Virus record (IMG/VR): IMGVR_UViG_3300033067_000977
Location: 1 to 48,565 of that record
Reading direction: 5' to 3' (one strand)
DNA: 48,565 bases
DNA from: a virus
Taxonomy: Duplodnaviria > Caudoviricetes
The notes beneath the pieces were generated by a model. The model was given only the letters and a program-made list of their open reading frames with translations, was not told the origin of the DNA and did no database searches. Shown here piece after piece: positions 44,792 through 48,565 of the stretch; position 1 is the first letter of the stretch; every line of letters begins with the position of its first letter. The translations under genes were made by a program, and so were the position numbers.

Positions 44792-45010
44792 ATGACGAAA
44801 CAAGAAGCCATCCACAAAGCGCAGTCAATGTTATGCGCCGACTATTCCAAGCAGCTCATGGAAGAGATCCGCCGACAACGCCGCTTGAATATCTCCGTTC
44901 CAGCGGTCTGCTTTGACTGTGACAACGAATTCTTGACCAACCTCGAAACGCTGGCCTCTTCCTGTGACGACTGCAACGAGGCCCGCAATATCAACCGCGC
45001 CCACGCGTAA
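44792..45010 (+). CDS. Small early protein with CxxC...CxxC
   Basis: AAGGAG RBS; CFDC and CDDC; start re-called. Confidence 0.7.
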   Translation: MTKQEAIHKAQSMLCADYSKQLMEEIRRQRRLNISVPAVCFDCDNEFLTNLETLASSCDDCNEARNINRAHA

Positions 45011-45023
45011 AGGAGCTGAGACC

Positions 45024-45197
45024 ATGCGACAAGAATTCCAGGTGCGAATTACTCACGAGAATGGAGAGGAAGAAGTGAATTGCTTTAGTTCATACCTTGA
45101 AGCGATGACCGTCTATAACGACCGATTGAGCCGAGCCGATCAAGCCTGTGAAATGGAATTGATCGAAGTCTTGGCCCAGCACACAGCGGGAGTCTAA
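45024..45197 (+). CDS. Small acidic early protein (57 aa)
   Basis: AAGGAG RBS; start re-called. Confidence 0.7.
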   Translation: MRQEFQVRITHENGEEEVNCFSSYLEAMTVYNDRLSRADQACEMELIEVLAQHTAGV

Positions 45198-45227
45198 CCG
45201 CCCCCACGCCGAAAGGAGCGACGAATC

Positions 45228-45407
45228 ATGAAGAAGATCGAGAACCAAGCGCAACTGGTCGCAGCCATTGGGGCATTGCTCGAATATAACTGGAGCGACG
45301 AGGAGGCTGACTATCTTAATTGGAAACGCGAGAACCCAGGCATGGAAGACACGGATCATATCTTCAATACGATGCTGGCTCTCGATAACTGGATAGGAGA
45401 GGCTTGA
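45228..45407 (+). CDS. Small acidic early protein (59 aa, MKKIENQAQL...)
   Basis: AAAGGAG RBS; read manually. Confidence 0.7.
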   Translation: MKKIENQAQLVAAIGALLEYNWSDEEADYLNWKRENPGMEDTDHIFNTMLALDNWIGEA

Positions 45408-45408
45408 A

Positions 45409-45612
45409 ATGTACGCCGACCAGCTCACACTGCCCGAGATCGAGCCCAGCAGCGAGCCCATGTGGACGTACGTCTACAGCCCACGCCACCGCCGGGAGCT
45501 GAAGGTCACGGTCAGCCGTTCGACCCGCTGCGATAGCCGATGCACGCACGCGACCGGGCTGGTCTGTCACTGTTCCTGCGGGGGCAAAAACCACGGAAGC
45601 ATGATTCTGTAA
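45409..45612 (+). CDS. Small Cys/His-rich protein
   Basis: CDSRC..ATG..CHCSCGGKNHG; GGAG RBS. Confidence 0.7.
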   Translation: MYADQLTLPEIEPSSEPMWTYVYSPRHRRELKVTVSRSTRCDSRCTHATGLVCHCSCGGKNHGSMIL

Positions 45613-45627
45613 GGAGGAGATTTCAAC

Positions 45628-45834
45628 ATGAGAAAGAAAACGACCGTCATTGAAAATCAGCCGGAGACAGACGCAGAAGTGGACATTCATATATGGAAGA
45701 AGTTTGAAAACGAAAACATGGTGGACCTCTACACCATTTCGAGATGTAAACGATCAATTTGTTTCGATATGCCGATAGACGAAGCCATGGAATGCTTGCG
45801 AGAGTACTTAGAAGAATTGCGCCCGAACACATAA
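45628..45834 (+). CDS. Small acidic protein
   Basis: AAGGAGG RBS. Confidence 0.65.
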   Translation: MRKKTTVIENQPETDAEVDIHIWKKFENENMVDLYTISRCKRSICFDMPIDEAMECLREYLEELRPNT

Positions 45835-45879
45835 CCGTTAACCTAGCACCAGTACCACCACACGAAGGAGCCCGACACC

Positions 45880-46209
45880 ATGAGCGCATTTACTGCAAAG
45901 ACGTACCTTTACGGGAAAGCCCCGAAACGAATCATCTTAAAAGGTGACAAGACAAAAAAGGCCGAGAGCGCACAGCACATCATTGAATTCCCAGGGGGCG
46001 CGATAGAACTCACGCGCACCACCGACGGCCATTACTGGGCGCATATCATGGTGCACAAGAGCCAAGTCATTGAAGACACAGACGGACTAACATCGGCCAA
46101 TGGTCGGATTATTGGATCACGGATTGACGGAGAGCAGAGGCTTGATGAGTTAACGGACCTCGACAACATTCAGCACCTAGCGGTGCTAATCAAGACGGAG
46201 GCCCCATGA
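45880..46209 (+). CDS. Hypothetical protein
   Basis: AAGGAG RBS; globular-looking (HIIEFPGG.IEL.RT.DG.YWAH). Confidence 0.72.
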   Translation: MSAFTAKTYLYGKAPKRIILKGDKTKKAESAQHIIEFPGGAIELTRTTDGHYWAHIMVHKSQVIEDTDGLTSANGRIIGSRIDGEQRLDELTDLDNIQHLAVLIKTEAP

Positions 46210-46304
46210 TTCCCCATGCACCGAACCCGAAACCGATCTTTCTCTATGCCGCGCTTGCAGCCGTGGCCATGGCCCTCATCGTGAGCTATTGCTTCAATTG
46301 GTAG
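46206..46304 (+). CDS. Small membrane peptide (32 aa)
   Basis: GGAGG RBS; ATGA coupling; hydrophobic. Confidence 0.5.
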   Translation: MIPHAPNPKPIFLYAALAAVAMALIVSYCFNW

Positions 46305-46319
46305 GAAGGAGAACAACCC

Positions 46320-46628
46320 ATGAGACCGTATCTCTATACAAGCGCACCGATGACCATCGGCAAGAAAGAATGGCGACTGGTCGTCTATGACGCACGAGGC
46401 TACTTAGGCGCGAAAGCCTTCACGGATTATGAATGGCGTGAACCAGCATGGAACACGCTCCCGCCGGGAGAATGGCACAGTATGAAGGACTGGCCGGGGT
46501 ATAACTCAAATGACGGCATGTATTCAGGGTGCCCACGTACCCTACGCACCCTGTGGGACCGCGAGAAGGCCACGATTCGCCCATACCTTGAACCGGAACA
46601 CAGCGAACCAGCGTTGACGCTGTTCTAA
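46320..46628 (+). CDS. Hypothetical protein
   Basis: AAGGAG RBS. Confidence 0.7.
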   Translation: MRPYLYTSAPMTIGKKEWRLVVYDARGYLGAKAFTDYEWREPAWNTLPPGEWHSMKDWPGYNSNDGMYSGCPRTLRTLWDREKATIRPYLEPEHSEPALTLF

Positions 46629-46643
46629 GAAGGAGCCGAAACC

Positions 46644-46835
46644 ATGAAAACCATTACCGTCCTCTTCTGTGGTATCCAGTTCAGCGAGAACCCACAGATA
46701 CCGCCCTTCGAGCTGTATACCTTGCTCGAACCGATCCCAGGGCATCCGTTACACAGTACCGTGAGCTTGCGCACGATCAAAGAGGCAGGCTACATTCCCA
46801 TCCCGCGCCGAGAGGAGGCCGACCCATGTCCCTAG
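46644..46835 (+). CDS. Hypothetical protein
   Basis: AAGGAG RBS. Confidence 0.65.
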   Translation: MKTITVLFCGIQFSENPQIPPFELYTLLEPIPGHPLHSTVSLRTIKEAGYIPIPRREEADPCP

Positions 46836-46987
46836 TCGTCTGGCTCATTCACCACGCCGCGCCGATCTTCTGGGGGCTTCTGATCCTCATCTCCGGCGCC
46901 CCCCTGTGGCACCAAGTCCGCCGGGAGCTGACCCGGCACCACCACGCGCCGACCCCACGCCGGACGCGCTACGAACGGAGGAAGTGA
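46826..46987 (+). CDS. Small membrane protein (53 aa)
   Basis: GAGGAGG RBS; hydrophobic N-terminus; read manually. Confidence 0.55.
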   Translation: MSLVVWLIHHAAPIFWGLLILISGAPLWHQVRRELTRHHHAPTPRRTRYERRK

Positions 46988-46989
46988 CC

Positions 46990-47136
46990 ATGAAGAAGTG
47001 GTTAGCGACACATGAACCCACAACCCCGATGGAGTACTTTGAGCGCTATTGGAAGGCGGTCTGGCTTGGGGTCCGGATCGCACTGCTCATCCTGGGAGCA
47101 CTGTCCGCGCTGGCCCTCTATCTCATCCTCGCGTAA
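46990..47136 (+). CDS. Small membrane protein (48 aa)
   Basis: GGAGG RBS; C-terminal TM helix; start re-called. Confidence 0.6.
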   Translation: MKKWLATHEPTTPMEYFERYWKAVWLGVRIALLILGALSALALYLILA

Positions 47137-47251
47137 CCACACCCGCCAGAATGTCCTAAAGGCCGACAGGTCCAAAAACGTAGCTTTTGATCGGCCGGCA
47201 ATTCGATCGACCCATCCTGACCCGCTTCATGCTGGCGGTGTAGTGGCCCAT

Positions 47252-47449
47252 TTAGTGGGGCTCCTGCGCTTTAGATTGTGCTTTAATGCCTCGCCCATCC
47301 AGCGTTTTAACGGTCACACACTCCCCATCATCTTTCGTGATGCGGATAGCTGGTTGACCATGCCTTACGCACACCAGCGAAAGATTGCGCTTCTTATCCG
47401 TCGTATGTGTACACCCGCACTGAAATGTATGCTCCCAAAATGTCACCAT
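47252..47449 (-). CDS. Hypothetical protein
   Basis: Last gene of the leftward operon; CGC...CxxH. Confidence 0.5.
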   Translation of the reverse strand: MVTFWEHTFQCGCTHTTDKKRNLSLVCVRHGQPAIRITKDDGECVTVKTLDGRGIKAQSKAQEPH

Positions 47450-47450
47450 C

Positions 47451-47783
47451 TCATCCCCCCTCGCTGGCGAGTCGGTCCAGTTGCTTATGAATCACGCTAT
47501 TGCACATGCAGGAGCGTGGGTCATCGCAGGCATGATCAAAGGCGATGTCAGCCGCCTCACGCAGCGCCTCCTGGCGGGTCTGCTGGAGGGCTTCAGCAAT
47601 GACGATACGATCATCCTGTTCATACGCATCAGTCACGAATAATCGTTTATAGAGCTGTTCCGCTGCCGCGGTCAGGTCGTCTTGGGGTGCCATGTGGGAA
47701 ACTCCTTTCATGTACGCGTTATACGCCCATGATTCTTCAACGCCTGGGGGAAGCCATATCAGCCACCGCCGTTCCGCCATCAT
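47451..47783 (-). CDS. Hypothetical protein
   Basis: ATGA-coupled ORF. Confidence 0.55.
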   Translation of the reverse strand: MMAERRWLIWLPPGVEESWAYNAYMKGVSHMAPQDDLTAAAEQLYKRLFVTDAYEQDDRIVIAEALQQTRQEALREAADIAFDHACDDPRSCMCNSVIHKQLDRLASEGG

Positions 47784-48052
47784 GTCGCCTCGTCTTTCAA
47801 TCGATCACGTTTCCTACGCATCAGATCCATGACGCCTTCCCTCGTGACTTCCTGCGCTCCATATTGAACGGCCCGGGCTCGCTTCGACTTGCAAATATCA
47901 AAATGCTCCCGCTTAGTACCTGCTGCTTGCAACCACTTCCGATCAACCCCGATCTTATCGGCCATCTCTAGAAGTTCTTCAGTGGTATCCGCCATCATGT
48001 GGCACATCACCATCCGACCAAAGGGAGCTTTCATATCGTCTACAATTGTCAT
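47780..48052 (-). CDS. DUF4031-like protein
   Basis: VDD....FGR..MCHM.ADT.EEL..MA..IG....W.Q......HFDI..SKR..A...GA. Confidence 0.8.
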   Translation of the reverse strand: MTIVDDMKAPFGRMVMCHMMADTTEELLEMADKIGVDRKWLQAAGTKREHFDICKSKRARAVQYGAQEVTREGVMDLMRRKRDRLKDEAT

Positions 48053-48222
48053 GCCGTCGCCTCGTTGGGGGTGAGGGGGGATCGTTGAACTTGATGCTCA
48101 ATAATACTGAGCCATTGGATAAGCTCATCTGCACTTGCCACACTGAGAGGATGCGGCAACTCTAAGTACACCACGCCTTCTGGTAGCGAAAACCTGTACG
48201 TGCGCAATATGGGAAAGTTCAT
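48049..48222 (-). CDS. Hypothetical protein (57 aa)
   Basis: GGAGG RBS; start re-called at MNFPIL. Confidence 0.55.
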   Translation of the reverse strand: MNFPILRTYRFSLPEGVVYLELPHPLSVASADELIQWLSIIEHQVQRSPLTPNEATA

Positions 48223-48262
48223 GGCATTGCCCTCCGTTCCATCCACCGCTGGCCCGCTGGCG

Positions 48263-48454
48263 TCATGGTTTCGCCTTTCGTTTCTGGTCAATAAGCTTTA
48301 AGCACTCCCCACATACCGCCTTCTCATCCCATGTTCTATCGAGGACCCCATCTATAGAAATTTGCACCCATCCTTTTGGCACGCTCGAAATAGATGCAGT
48401 CGTTTTGCTCTGGCATAGATCGCACTCAAAAGTCGTGATCTGCTTAACCCCCAT
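48263..48454 (-). CDS. Small Zn-binding protein (CDLC...CGEC)
   Basis: GGGAG RBS; two CxxC pairs. Confidence 0.7.
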   Translation of the reverse strand: MGVKQITTFECDLCQSKTTASISSVPKGWVQISIDGVLDRTWDEKAVCGECLKLIDQKRKAKP

Positions 48455-48475
48455 TTCTCCCTCCCCCCGCTGGCG

Positions 48476-48565
48476 TCATGCCCGCACATGTCTAACTGCC
48501 GGTTCTGGTGGCAATAGCTGGCGTATTTTATTCTGCAATCTCACGATATGTTTGTCCATCGCCAC
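48476..48565 (-). CDS. 3' part of the junction-spanning ORF (...VAMDKHIVRLQNKIRQLLPPEPAVRHVRA)
   Basis: Open frame from the window end to TGA at 48476; in frame with 87..1. Confidence 0.55.
   Translation of the reverse strand: MAMDKHIVRLQNKIRQLLPPEPAVRHVRA

Larger units (their letters stand above)
1..48565. mobile_element. Complete circular tailed phage genome (podovirus-like, probably temperate)
   Basis: Terminase, portal, scaffold, capsid, tail, ejection, lysis, recombinase and replication genes are all present, with no host housekeeping genes. The minus-strand ORF at 87..1 continues in frame at 48565..48476. Confidence 0.9.

Noticed and set aside
44536-44817. 93-aa minus-strand ORF
   Set aside because: It crosses the regulatory region and the start of the plus-strand operon; its LVLG repeats simply reflect the hexamer motif.
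47137-47251. Intrinsic terminator or ncRNA between the convergent operons
   Set aside because: Only an imperfect GGCCGA...TCGGCC stem without a U-tract; too weak to call.
1-48565. Stop-codon reassignment or phage tRNAs
   Set aside because: Core genes are intact in the standard code with all three stops used, and no cloverleaf was recognised.

Overview
The window appears to be a complete, circularly permuted ~48.6 kb tailed phage genome of podovirus type, with P22-like portal, gp4/gp10 and ejection genes and a BPP-1-like capsid and cement. The two ends join in-frame across one small ORF, and no host genes are evident. The minus strand carries a replication/early operon: an RHH regulator, SNF2 helicase, a split C5 methyltransferase, a RepB-type primase, an iteron-like origin, an intein-containing UvrD helicase and a VRR-NUC nuclease. 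It also carries the packaging, head, lysis and tail operon. The plus strand carries a tyrosine recombinase with an overlapping lipoprotein, and a cassette-like array of tiny early genes. The main observations are: (1) five late-operon proteins with Sec or lipoprotein signal peptides and paired cysteines, one with a tail-fibre-type anchor domain, suggesting an exported virion-decoration or matrix-degrading module; (2) a dispersed, mostly direction-biased tandem-hexamer motif at about 13 sites in a phage with no CI-like repressor; (3) an M.EcoHK31I-style two-frame methyltransferase; (4) a helicase intein with a GIY-YIG-like core; (5) a possibly switchable RNA leader on the portal gene. All calls come from reading the sequence by eye; no searches were run and the host is not identified.
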